A DNA stretch of 64,000 bases from Blepharisma stoltei ATCC 30299 (taxonomy: Eukaryota > Protista > Ciliophora): positions 496,001 to 560,000 of the forward strand of contig CBFDEM010000047.1 of assembly GCA_965603825.1 (NCBI GenBank). Direction: 5' to 3'. This document shows positions 35,476 to 47,197 of the stretch, piece after piece (positions within the stretch are counted from its first letter, which is position 1; each line of letters starts with the position of its first letter). The notes beneath the pieces are model-generated. The model made no database searches. It had not been told where the DNA came from and saw nothing but the letters and a program-made list of their open reading frames with translations. The translations under genes and the position numbers were made by a program.

Positions 35476-37035
35476 CTATTCTATAGGTAAGAATTTACTC
35501 AATCTTGGGTCTGGAGATGGACTTTTCATGGTCCTTCTTGGGATTAATGGGCTGTCAAGCATCGGAGAGCTTTGCATGACTATGTCTTGAAATGCACTGA
35601 AATCGAATTCTTTATTAATTGTTCCTTTCAGCTGGTTTACCATCTCATTAACTTCATTTAAACTGATTTCAATTCCAGCATGGAAAAAGCTTTCATATAA
35701 ATCTTGTGAAGTTATAGCGTTTCGAGAACCCTAAATAACTTTTACTTTTGTTAGTAAATAAAAAACATCCTTCAAAATATCTTCGTTCAAAACTTGTTTT
35801 TTATCAAGTGTAGCAATGACAAAGTCACTATAAGCAAAATCTCCATTTGATAAGTATTTGTTTTTTTCTAAGCACTTTTCTAGCTTTTCTACAGCTTTTA
35901 GCTGCTTGGCATTTTTTAAAGCTTGAATGACATCATATGCATTGACAATTCCAGTTTTTTTCGTATCCAAAGCTCTGAAAATGTCGTCAAGCTCTCTGAT
36001 TTCGTTATAAGTCATATGCTTTATGACTAGCTTCATCAGATAATTTTTAAGCTTATTGGGTGCATGATATTTCATCAATGTTTCTATCACATCTAAAGGC
36101 ACATGCTTCAACTTGCTTTGCCTGTATTTTTTAAACCAAGGATGCTTCAGAACCTGAGGCAATTTTATTCTGGTATGTATGTTCTTTGTAAGCATTTGAC
36201 TTATTAAATCTTTTGCTTCATGAGAAATCAAGTCCCATCTTTCATGGCGAAATGCAACTTCTTCATGCAAAATCTTTTCAAAAACTTCATGATGGTTTTC
36301 TCCAGCAAAAGGAGGATAACCTCCTAATAGCACATACATCATAACTCCAATACTTCAGACGTCACATTCAACACCGTAATGCTTGCCTATCACTTCAGGA
36401 GCAAGATAGTAAGGAGTACCTACGATAGAGTGAAATTCTTTTGTTTCTTCAGCAAATTTAATCGATAGCCCAAAATCTATCATTTTCAGCTCAGCATCAG
36501 GAAATCGACTAGTTAATAAAAAATTCTCAGGTTTAATGTCCCTATGACAGATGTGTAAGTTATGCAAATAATTCACAGCTGAGCATATTTTTTCTAATCA
36601 CTTAGCAGCAGTTTCTTCATTCAGTACTCCTTTTAGAAGAAAATCTTCTAGAAGATCTCCACCGTTGCACAATTCCATGACTAAATGGACATAATTCGAA
36701 TCTTCATAGCACTGAAGCAGTTTTATTATGTTAGGATGATCAGCTTGCTGTAATATTTCCAGTTCATTTTTTAGTACATCAATTGAATGAATTTTTGCAA
36801 CGGGAATCGACTTAATAGCAAATTTTTGTTTTCTTGAAGATTGATGGATCCGGACTGCTTCCCTAACAGTTCCAAAATGGCCATGGCCTAATACTTTTAT
36901 AAACTTATAATGGTCACGTATATCTGAATAATAATTACTTTCACGGGTAACACCTCGTAAAGAGGATGTAGGGACAAACTCACCGATTGTAGGATATCTT
37001 CCTCGATTGTGCGGAACATTGCAGCATACTCCCAT
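35476..37035 (-). CDS. Calcium-dependent protein kinase, catalytically intact, about 514 aa
   Basis: MGVCC; LGHGHFG, FAIK, HRDIKPEN, DFG, GTPYYLAPE, CDV-W(TGA 36355)-SIG; TGA 36598; intron 35731-35745; partly degenerate EF-hands. Confidence 0.92.
35731..35745 (-). other. 15-nt intron GTAAAAGTTATTTAG
   Basis: Removal bypasses a TAG and adds the last EF-hand pair. Confidence 0.85.
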
Positions 37036-37550
37036 ATTTGTGTGTAAAGATTCAGTGAAAGAGATTATTATAATTATTTCAAAAAGATTTATAACAGATC
37101 ATAAATGATACATAAATTATTTCATAAAGCTTAGTTAATAATGGCTATATTAAAAAAAAATAGATGAAACTTACCATTCAATCAATAATTAGGCTAAGAA
37201 AAATAAAATTACCTTTAGAAATTATCGATTGATATTTATAAATCCTAATTAAGCAAAAATTCTGTTTTTCTTTATTTTTGCAAAGTATCTGGCTTAGTAC
37301 AGCATCCTGTAAAGTATGCAGCAACTCTTCTGATAAAATATTTAAATCTTTCAGAATTCTAGATCAGTAAAACCTGTATCGGCTCAAAATTAAAATGCCT
37401 CAGCTGAATTCATAAGCAGTTCGTTTTAAAATTTCATTCTTTATGTAAACTGGATTTTAAAGATTTTTGCTGTAAAATCACGCCAGAATTTAAATAAAAA
37501 CTCATTTCTATTGTATTTATTTAAGAAAGCAAATAAGGAAAATGATATAA

Positions 37551-39062
37551 ATGGAAAGAAAAGCAATAGACCTGTTAATCTTCATTCCAGAGCAGCCAAC
37601 TTACTGAATAATTGCCCCAGATACTCTAAAAGAGCTCCTAGAAATGGTCTCACGGCAAATCCATTTAGACCCTTCTCAATTCCACATAATGTACGAAAGG
37701 AGAGGAAACCTTGTCAAAATAATTGACGAAAGGACCTATTCTTCTATCATAAGTCGGTCAATTTCATCATCCCTCGATGAAATTTCTTTTACTGTCCAAT
37801 TTGTTAAAAAATCAATCACAGCACTACATGAGCCGATAGCAGACTTATTAGTCTCAAGCATTCCTCAAGAAACTGCTCAAGCCTCAACAGAAGACACAAC
37901 TCAAGAAAGCAGCTTTAAAATTGAGCGAAAATTATTAAACATCCCTCGGATCTGGGTCGAAAATGACCCACAGTGGATGGATTCAGATTCAAATCCAAAG
38001 ATAAATTCCATCTCTGCCAAAAAAAAATTGCTCTGCCCCAAATTGACGATGAAATCGCATGTAGACGGCATTAGAGGGATTCATTTTTTTAACTCCAAAG
38101 CAGTTCTTGCATCAGGATCTGAAGACTGTATGATTAAGCTGTGGGATTTGAGAAGCTTAAAAAATGAAACTGAAGTATGGGATCCTTATTTGACGTTAAG
38201 AGGACACATAGGAGCTATTTTAGCAATCGCAGGAGGATATAGCTGGGGCGGCATGAATATTAATGAAAATTTATTGTATTCAGCAGGAACTGAAGGAGTC
38301 ATAAAAATATGAAAAATTCCGCACCCAGATTCAATTGATAATGAAATTTCTTCAGAAGGAGAAACTTATTGTCTTGGAACTTGGACTGGCCATAATGATG
38401 CAATATGAAGTTTAAATCACAGTCAAACTGAAAATGCGCTGATTTCTGCAAGTTCTGATGGCTCAGTATTACTGTGGAGAGCACTTGAAATTTCAAGATT
38501 AAATGAAAATTTAAGCTCAGGACGAAGGCATGCTCCATCAAGCATTTTCAATATTCCGAACGAAATCCCAACATCTTGTACATGAGTCCAAACAAACCTC
38601 CAATACATAGCGGTAGGCTATAATTCAAATGCTTTGAGTGTTTTTAATAGAGAAACATCAAGGTATTTTAGAATTCCTTATGCAGGAGAATTACAAAGAT
38701 TTTGCCATCAAGTCAATCAACTGATCAGTTCTTCTGCAAATTCTTTGCTAATTGCAGCACACGATGATAAAAGAATAAGATTTTATGATATAAACTCTAA
38801 CTCTTGCATCAAAGATATGGTAGCTCATACAGATTCTGTGACTACAGTTTCAATTGATAAATCAGGATTTTATTTAGTCTCTGGTGGACATGATGGAAGC
38901 TTGAGATCATGGGATCTAAGGAAGTTTCAATGCTTGCAAGAGCTTCCTGTGCATAGAAAAAAGTATGATGAAGCCGTTCATATTGTTACACATCATCCAA
39001 CTTTGCCTTTATTAGCCTCTGGAGGGGCTGATTGCTTAGTAAAACTTTTCGAATTTAAATAA
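37551..39062 (+). CDS. Striatin-type WD40 protein with PB1-like N-terminus, 503 aa
   Basis: Striatin C-terminal signature VAHTDSVT...SGGHDGSLRSWD...HRKKYDEAVH....HP...LASGGAD; TGA at WD Trp positions (38310, 38406, 38583) and one near the N-terminus. Confidence 0.85.
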
Positions 39063-39114
39063 TGTAATATATTTTTGGAATTAAATTATTATTTTATCCC
39101 CCCTGATAAATAAT

Positions 39115-40041
39115 ATGAAAACAAATAGAAATCCTGAACAATTGAATATATTAAATCAACTATCAAAATATCTTGATTTTGAAATTCATTATTTTAAAAA
39201 GCTGCTGATTAGCTCTCAAAAAGCAGAGATGAATAGAGAAATAGCGAAAATAGAGAATTTCTTGGAAACAATGAGTTCAGAGATAAAATGGAATTATCAA
39301 AATGACATGTTAATCCAACAAATTTTAAAGCATTATAAAACTATTACTGGCCAAATCAAAATTTTATCTGATTTTGTAGGAGAAAAAGAAGAGAGACTTA
39401 GAGACAACTCACTATTTGAAGAAATTAGCAGTTCTTCAGAAAAATGCAAAAGTATAATTATTAGAGAAATCAAAAATATGCTGCTTGCTGGAGAAGATGA
39501 AAATACTTTAATAGAAAGATTTGATTATCCTGAAGTCCAAAAATCTTCAGGGTACTTATACGATGTCTATTTAGAACTTGTATTAAAAGCAACTTTTTCT
39601 AATTATATTTTACAAATAAAAGATGAGCTCCATTTTGATATTAAAAATGCATTTGAAAGTTTATCAGATGAAGATGTGCAATCAATTTTTACTCACGAGA
39701 ACATATTTGGAGAAGATACAAGATTAAAATATAACGATACGGTATTGAAAAGATATTCTATAGATATAGGCAAATGGGATTTCTACCAGCTAGCAGCAGG
39801 CAAAAAGCGAGAATCCAACTCTCTAAGCTATAATGAGTTAGAAAATTTTTTAAATTGGATGGATCTGAACCAAGATAGCATATACAATTGCTTAAAATAT
39901 TATATTTTGAATCTCTTGGTAGCAAGCTTATTAGTTAAAGCTCCAACTCCAAAGATTGATGAGCTTGACTGAGATCAAATTATGTTTTCAGAGTTACTTA
40001 ATACTTCAACAGTCATCAGTGGGAGTTTAGCTGATTATTAA
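39115..40041 (+). CDS. Hypothetical protein, 308 aa
   Basis: Long ORF; TGA 39970 read through to TAA 40039-40041. Confidence 0.7.
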
Positions 40042-40065
40042 TAATAATTTTATAATTATCTTTAT

Positions 40066-41178
40066 TTAGTATTTTGTTGGGCAAAGCAAAAGAAAGTTAT
40101 CTGTGGGACTTCCAATAATAAGAGTTCCGTTGATTATTACTGCTGATGAAGCAAAAATTTTATCTTGCGTGATTATGTCTTCAACAATTCAGCTGCCATT
40201 ATTATTTGCCATTCTACTTACTCCTCCTGCTATGCTTGATCTTATATCTCCGTGCTTGTAATCTCATGATATCTTCATATATTCAATGATTTTGCTAAAT
40301 CCTGTTACCAAGAAGGAGCCATCATTTTGCTTATCAATATTATCAACATGATGTTGGAATTTTACTGTTGCATTATAAGTAAGGCTGAAATCCTCTTTTA
40401 TATCATAAATTTTTACTATCTTTTGTACAGCTTCATCAACAAAAAGTTGGTTGTTTGACAAATGCATCCCATTAAAATTTCCTTCAGTGTCCTGAATAGT
40501 GCATTCTGGGTGTCCTCCTTTGCTTTCTTTGCAATAATAAAGATTTGTGCTTTTGGTCATTATCAAATAATAATCTCTTTTGAGAGTTGTCCATAATGAA
40601 TGATCTCTTCCTTCCAGTTCATCTGGGAATGGCATTCATTCACTCACGTAGAAATGTCCATCTTTCAGCACAGCTATATCATTTAATTTCCCAAGTCAAT
40701 CTTGTGGAAATACAATAGACCTTATATACCTTGCTTTAATGCGTTCTTTTTTGGTTTCTAATAGTCCAAAAATTTCGATTCGTTCACCATAGTTGCCATA
40801 TGCATGGTTTAAAACGTAAAGTGTGGAATTGTCGAGTAGGAATATTCCATGAGGATTGAAAGGGATGTCAGACGGAAATTTAGACATAGGGATTGATCCC
40901 CAGGTTTTTGAAGCTGGGTCAAAATAGAATAATGAGCCTCTGGTACTGTTGCTAGCACTTAAGTGCTTATAATAGTAAGTTTTAATATCGCCTATTGCTG
41001 ATATCACTAGATTTCCATAAAGCTCAAAATCTTCTGCAGCTAAAGGTATGGCGTGCATTTTGCATTTTTCATGATCATGCAGTTTTACTGTCACTATAAT
41101 GTCAAAAAAGTCAATAAGAAAGTAGGCAGCCCAGCTTATCAGAATCACGATGAAGCTAAAAAATAGGCTACAAATCAT
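40066..41178 (-). CDS. Paraoxonase/arylesterase-like six-bladed propeller, copy 1, 370 aa
   Basis: N-terminal anchor, AED, FNPHGI, LYVLNH, LNDI, NGM, HVDNI; four TGA (40696, 40636, 40264, 40189), three aligning to TGG in copy 2. Confidence 0.88.
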
Positions 41179-41492
41179 TCAACAATATGGTTTATATATA
41201 GCTTAAAATAATGATCTATAAAAGGAGCCCCTTAAGAATTGAGTTAAATTATTCATATATTGGACATTTTGCACCTGGCTCTGATAAGTGTAACTCATTG
41301 CATGAATTGAGAAGATTTCTGAAAAGTCAATATTTAAAACATTGAGATCTTCGTGTATGCAGTCATTTTACCTCTTAAGTGGCTTTCTATCTGTGCAAAG
41401 ATTATATAAACAGTATAATTAATAAATTTTTTTTCTTTAACATTGAGAAAACGCCATGATTATAAATACTTACCTTAAATTATTTTTTATTC

Positions 41493-42599
41493 CTAGTCAA
41501 TTCTGCAAGTCAAGATGAAATTATCTGTCGGTCCTCCGATAAAGATATTTCCATCTTCAATCACTGCAGAAGCAGCAAAAATTTTATCTTCAACTATCAC
41601 CTCTTCAACTTTCCAACTGCCATCATTTTTAGTCATTCTACTAATTGTTGATACAACTGGTGATTTTTCCTTATCTGCTTTCAAACGGTCTGCAAGCTCC
41701 ATAAATTCAATCATTCTATTTATTCCAGTAACCAATATAGACCCATCTTTTTGCACAACTATATTGTCTAAATGATGAGAAAAGCTTACTGTCTCAGCTA
41801 GGGCAAGGCTGTAATCTTCCTGTATATTATAAATATATACAGATTTTTCTACTGTATCAGCAACAAAAAGCTGATTATTAATCTTATTAATTCCATTCAC
41901 CATGTACCCTTTTGCTTGGGACATGCACTCTGGAGCTTTCCCTTGCACTTCTTTGCAATATAGAACATTTGTATATTTCCCTGAAACATTCCAAAACATT
42001 TTCTTTATTGTTGTAAGTAATGAATGGTCTCTTCCTTCTGGTAAATCTGGATAGACCAGCCATTCAGAGATATAAAAATGTCCTTCTTTTATGACTGCAA
42101 TATCATTTAATCTTCCAAGCCATTCATTGCCAAACTCAATTGATCTTAAATATTTAGCTTGAATTCCCTCTGCAGATTCAAACAAACTAAAAACTTCAAC
42201 TCTTTCTCCAGAGTTTCCAAATGCCATATTTATTGCGTAAAGTGTATTATTATTGTGGATATCAATTCCAAGAGGGTTGAAAGGTAAATCTGATGGAAAT
42301 TCTAGCATAGGAATATAACCCCAATGTTTAGTCTTGGGATCTATATAAATTAATGACCCTTTCTGAGCTTTTTGAGCTGAAAGGTGCTTATAATAGCATG
42401 CTAAAATATCGCCCATTCCTGAGATAATGAAATTTCCATAAATAGCAAAGTCTTCAGCTTCTGATGGCAGAGAAATTTTTTCACATTTTTCATCATGATG
42501 CAGATTGTTCGTGACAAATACATCTAATTTATTAAGCAGAAAGTAGGCAAGCCAGCTTACTCCTATGGTCAAAAGGCAGATGATCAGTTTCAGATCCAT
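41493..42599 (-). CDS. Paraoxonase/arylesterase-like protein, copy 2, 368 aa
   Basis: AED, FNPLGI, LNDI, VNGI, HLDNI; tandem paralog of 40066-41178; no TGA. Confidence 0.9.
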   Translation of the reverse strand: MDLKLIICLLTIGVSWLAYFLLNKLDVFVTNNLHHDEKCEKISLPSEAEDFAIYGNFIISGMGDILACYYKHLSAQKAQKGSLIYIDPKTKHWGYIPMLEFPSDLPFNPLGIDIHNNNTLYAINMAFGNSGERVEVFSLFESAEGIQAKYLRSIEFGNEWLGRLNDIAVIKEGHFYISEWLVYPDLPEGRDHSLLTTIKKMFWNVSGKYTNVLYCKEVQGKAPECMSQAKGYMVNGINKINNQLFVADTVEKSVYIYNIQEDYSLALAETVSFSHHLDNIVVQKDGSILVTGINRMIEFMELADRLKADKEKSPVVSTISRMTKNDGSWKVEEVIVEDKIFAASAVIEDGNIFIGGPTDNFILTCRID

Positions 42600-42899
42600 T
42601 TTTATAGTAATTATATAAAATTCTAGAGCAATGGAGATTTTATGCAAGCATGGCTTCTTGATTATATCTAAAATAGTATAATTTTTATTTATTGCAATAT
42701 AGATCGTAAAATTCAAAACGCCAACCTGACTTGAATACCAAAATTCGTAATCACCTAAAAAATTCTAAATAATTTTTGCATGAAAGAAGTTAAAATAGAA
42801 ATAGTCAAGATAAAATGATATAATAATTTTTATATATTAGAGAAAAGAATTCTATAGGTATTTTATATTTTCTTTATATGAAATAATAGCGGGTGACAT

Positions 42900-43281
42900 C
42901 CAACTCATCCTCTCAACGACGATAATATGCATATATTTGGGATGATTTTTGCAGTATGTTGACCCTAGCAATACCAGGACCCTCAAGTCTAAAGCCCTAA
43001 CACAAACTTGCTAGTTTTTGCTTTTATTCTGGCATTACTAAATGCTCCTTTTTACAAAGAGACCATGCTTCAGAAAGGATATCTGCTTGACTAGACCTCG
43101 GAATGTGAGTTGGAAGAATGGCTGGCCCATTATTTGCGGGCTATCTAAAAGATCAAATAGGATTTCAAAACACAGAAGCTTCAACCAGTTGATTGATAAT
43201 GCTGTATAAACTGTATTTAAAATACACAGCAAATTTTTTGGAAAATTTGTATCATAATATGTTGAATCGTTCTTTATTTTA
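42900..43281 (+). pseudogene. Decayed MFS transporter C-terminal fragment
   Basis: Frame from 43022 reads ...DHASERISAWLDLGMWVGRMAGPLFAGYLKDQIGFQNT (MFS G...GP..G.L.D..GF pattern); upstream IPGPSSL is cut by TAA 42998 and a frameshift; no plausible start for the upstream part. Confidence 0.5.
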
Positions 43282-43308
43282 AATAAATCATATAGAAATT
43301 ATGATAAA

Positions 43309-43888
43309 ATGGAAAATACTCTAGATATTCAAGAATATTCGCCAATCATAAAAAGTCAAATCTGGCATTATGAAATAGGAAATACTCATGGATTTTGGTT
43401 TTCAAGCACAGGGAAACCAAGAGTAGTCATTGGTCCTCACTGTAACAGACAAATTAGGGATGTATTGTTTAATTTCCGTTTTATTATTTACAATCATATT
43501 TGGAACATTGCTGCTGTTTAGCTCTTATTTTGTCCCAAGAATTATGTCTACAATAAGCTGAGTTGCTTATTGCACTTGTCTAACAAGCTGGCTTATATCT
43601 GGATTAAAAAATCCAGGTCTCGAACTTGAAATACTTACTAATCAACAAGAAATAACGAAATATTTTAACGATAAGAAATTTTGCAGGGTTTGTGAAGTGC
43701 TGAGAGAGCCTGGGACACTTCATTGCGTTGAATGTGATGTCTGTATCAAAGAAAAACAAAGTCATTCTTTAATAGTAGGAAAATGCATTGGTAAAGAAAT
43801 AAAAGTTCCTTATTATATATTGATAGGATCAATTATTTTTCTTGCATCATATATTGGATTTATAGCAGTGTATGCTATTTTTATTTAA
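43309..43888 (+). CDS. DHHC-family protein lacking the DHHC catalytic motif, 187 aa
   Basis: 16-nt intron 43442-43457 gives VIGPHW; KNPG, FCRVC...HCVECDVCI then QSHS in place of DHHC, then GKCIG. Confidence 0.8.
43442..43457 (+). other. 16-nt intron GTAACAGACAAATTAG
   Basis: Required 3n+1 frameshift joining 43309 to the 43697 frame; restores GPHW. Confidence 0.85.
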
Positions 43889-44032
43889 TAATAGCACGGT
43901 TTAAATTACTCTTATTCTAATAATTTATAAAAATTGTAGCATTTCGCTGTGTGCAAGAAAAGTGCAGTAATCACAAAAAAAGCTAGAGATTATGAAAACT
44001 AAAATTTGTTTGTTAATTAAGCATTCATGGGC

Positions 44033-45709
44033 TTAAAGTGCTCTGACTGCATCTTCAGCATAATATTTAACATCCATATCTGTGTCATTTTTTAATTGAT
44101 CGAGCAATAGCATTATATCTTTTCTATTAGTTGTAGATTCCACTAAATTTTTAATTGTTTTCGCTACATTGAACCTTATATTCGGCACTCTATCTTTTGA
44201 TAGTGTTTTTAAGCACAAAAAGCAGTCATTGTCATCTAAATATTTTCCAAGCTTGCTTATGATTCTAAGTGCTGTCATTCTTTTATTAAATGCAGGACTA
44301 TAGCTCAGCACATTTATAAGTGGCATGATATAAATTCTTAATCATTCTCCGTCAAAAGCAATAGCTAACTTATTAGCAGCCTCTAGCACAGCTTCTCTAA
44401 CAGCAAAAACTGGGTCTTCAATTCATTTCATTAAAGGCGTTGCTAGATGCTCATTAAATTCATCTTTTCCTAAAATAGTTCCAAGCTGGGCCAAGCATTC
44501 TACAGCTTTTAGCCTGACCCTTCATTGAGAATCTCCCATCAGCTGAATGAGCAAAGGCACAGAAAACAATGAAATTTTATCAGTAGCCAACGATCCATTG
44601 AAAGTTTGAATATGCTCTGCAAAGCCCATCCTTACTTCAAAATTATCATCTTTTAAAAGCTGAGTTACCAATGGAAGAAGCTTTAATATAACGATATCAG
44701 AGCTTAGATGTGGAGAAATTTGGCATATGCTTTGCATGAGAGCAAGCCTAACATATAGTGATGAATCTTTTACTAATATTTCTAAAGTTGGGAAAAGCTG
44801 AGACTCGACCATATGTGAAGGAATCGATTTAAAAATCAAAGGCAGCTTTTTTAAAGCAATACATCGAACTTCAGATTCAGAGTCCTGGAATAAATTTAAT
44901 ATTTCTGGCAGGAAGTCATGGATAACATTTTCTAGCTCGATTATTTCTTGCAAATGGTCTAAAACTGCATATCTAACTCTTCAGCTTTTATCGTTAGAAA
45001 ATGTTTTTACATGCTCAAGCAATTCTTGATGGTTTTTAAGTAATTTTGTAATGCTTTCTAATGCCATTTGTCTGATGCTGTCATATTCATCAATGCGTAA
45101 CTCATCAAATAATTTCATCAGCTCTTTACTTTCATATACTTGAAGAATTTTTCCTAAGTTTTCTGCAGCAACTTTTCTCACAAATGAAGATTCGTCTTTA
45201 GCCAGCTTAATAAATTCAATCTCAAGCTCAGCTTTTTTATCACTAGTTAATCGTGATAATGGAATATGGAATAAATTACATGCAGCAACTCTTCCATAGT
45301 ATGACTCACTTCCAGAAAGATTGTTTATCACTTCACTTATTTTTTCTTCTAAAATATTTTTTGGCAGCTGCTCAGCGATTTTATTGATGCTTTGAACAGC
45401 CTTGTCTTGGACAACTGTTTCTTCGCTTCTTGATAGGCTTTGCAATGGAGGAAGTAAGCAAGCAAGATAATCGAGCCCTCCAACGTAATTAGAGAGGTCT
45501 CCGAGTTTTGAAGCGATTGCAAGCAAAACTTCTTGATTGTCATCTTCTAATAGCTCGTTTATATAAGGCACGAGCTCCTGCCGAGTTCTTATGTCTCCAA
45601 TTGCTTCTGCAATTTGTTCCAAGCTATTGATAGCATGCAGTCTTGTGTTGTGGTCTTCTGCTTTAAGCTCATCAATTAAATAAAGAATTGTATCAAATTC
45701 TTCATCCAT
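44033..45709 (-). CDS. PPP2R1A: PP2A scaffold (A/PR65) subunit, HEAT repeats, 558 aa
   Basis: LIDELKAED...RL.AI..L..IA.AIG..RTRQELVPY; DKS-W(TGA)-RVRY, DSQ-W(TGA)-RVR, DRVPNIRFNVAK, DTDMDVKYYA; TGA at 44981, 44522, 44423, 44342. Confidence 0.93.
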
Positions 45710-46394
45710 TTAAGTAGCAATTATTATATCGTATTAAAATTTGGAATGCTTTGATAGGAGTTATCATTTTATGATTATAAATGTGCTTTATAGTGATTGA
45801 ATTTCTTTAAATTTGGGACTATATTATCAAGATAAAATATTTTGAATCTAGACTTATAGAAAAATGAAATGGGTTTCAAAAATTTAGTTGATGACTCTGA
45901 GCTATTTCCAAATTCAGGCTAATCAATTTAATTTATGAAAAATTCCCAATATTAAAATAACAATTAGAAATTAAATCTTGATACGTATAGCATAATTGCT
46001 TGCGTGTATTATTTAGTCTAGAAGTTTTTTGTTTTGCATTATTTTTAAAACAACTAGATTTAATAAAAGATTTAAAAAATCATCTTCCATTATAATAATT
46101 TGCATTCTCAGAATTCGCATAAACTTCAAGAAATTTGAAAATTTGTAACCGGTATTAATTATCATTTGATTAATTAACAGATATGGCAAGAGATAATTAA
46201 ATATAAAAAATTTAAAATTTATGTCGATATTTTTAAAACAAACTACACAGCGCAAGAATCAATGCTCCCAGCTTATCAATCTGACTGGAAACCTCAAAAT
46301 TCGTCGTTTTTTAAGATACTGAATCCATTTTTATGAGGACTGAAAAAGTAACCTGCTTCACGTGCCTATAAAATATCCGAATATAATCAATAAT

Positions 46395-46769
46395 ATGAGC
46401 CTATTTGGATATACGTTAGAAGAAACTAGCAGCGAAATCGACTCTTGGGTATCAGAAATCAGAGAAAACCTTAACCACATAACAAATAAGAAAGCCGAAG
46501 ACTACGGCTTTGACTTCACAAACGAAATTCCTCGAACATCTATTGCAAAACGTTTTGAATGGGAGGAAATCCCAGATGATACTAAACCATCATGTGGATT
46601 CTATTCCAGTTTTCGAAATTCTTATGCGAGATCAAGTTTATCTACTATGCCGTCTTTAGACGCCGATCAAGTTGAAGAAATTCCAAAAATCCTAGACTTA
46701 AATCTCAGGGTTTCGTTAGAAAGCGAAAATGTCAGCGATTTTTCTTTGAAGAATCAGCAATCTATATAA
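46395..46769 (+). CDS. Putative Cip/Kip/KRP-type CDK inhibitor, 124 aa
   Basis: EIDSWVSE...KKAEDYGFDFTNEIP.....RFEWEEI matches the CDI pattern KYNFDF.N..PL.GRYEW. Confidence 0.7.
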   Translation: MSLFGYTLEETSSEIDSWVSEIRENLNHITNKKAEDYGFDFTNEIPRTSIAKRFEWEEIPDDTKPSCGFYSSFRNSYARSSLSTMPSLDADQVEEIPKILDLNLRVSLESENVSDFSLKNQQSI

Positions 46770-47197
46770 TCTAGTTCACAATTTTGGTGTAAGGTAACTA
46801 AGAATTTAAAGTTAAACTTGTAAATTGTGGAGTAAATGTAAAGTGCGCCATATTCATATATGATTAAAAGCATGATTATGTTAGATTAAAGTCACGAAAA
46901 CCCGCGAAATCAGAATATTGAGGATTTAGCAATGGCTATTTCCTAATTATGAAATTAAAAGAAAAAGAAGCGATTTAAGCCTTTTTAGTTTGGAACTAAA
47001 AATGTTGGTATCTTAAGTAAAAAAATTATGAATTATGGCAGATTAGATTAATAACAAATTTTTAATTTAAACTAATTCACGCAATTGTGAAAATTGTTAA
47101 AATAGCATGTTTTACGAAGGATTAAAGCAATTAAATACTGAGTTCTTTAAAAAATAAAGCATTTCCATTTTCGATTTACAATCAATTATTATACCAG

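Noticed and set aside
42600-42716. Track start extensions at TTG/GTG (also 6037, 20990, 49994, 46362, 63033)
   Set aside because: Bacterial-style starts; downstream ATGs match paralogs or N-terminal targeting motifs
42995-43002. Single CCCTAACA, matching the heterotrich telomere unit or a possible telomerase RNA template
   Set aside because: Only one unit plus one base, roughly what chance gives in 64 kb; a T-run follows almost immediately and the region is better explained as an MFS relic
1-45709. PP2A-themed cluster (LCMT1, striatin-like WD40, PP2A A subunit)
   Set aside because: Spread over 45 kb among unrelated genes; signalling genes are abundant in ciliates, so chance is sufficient
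46901-46909. E2F-like site TTTCGCGGG (minus strand) near the CDK-inhibitor gene
   Set aside because: Single short motif, downstream of that gene; cannot be supported without conservation data
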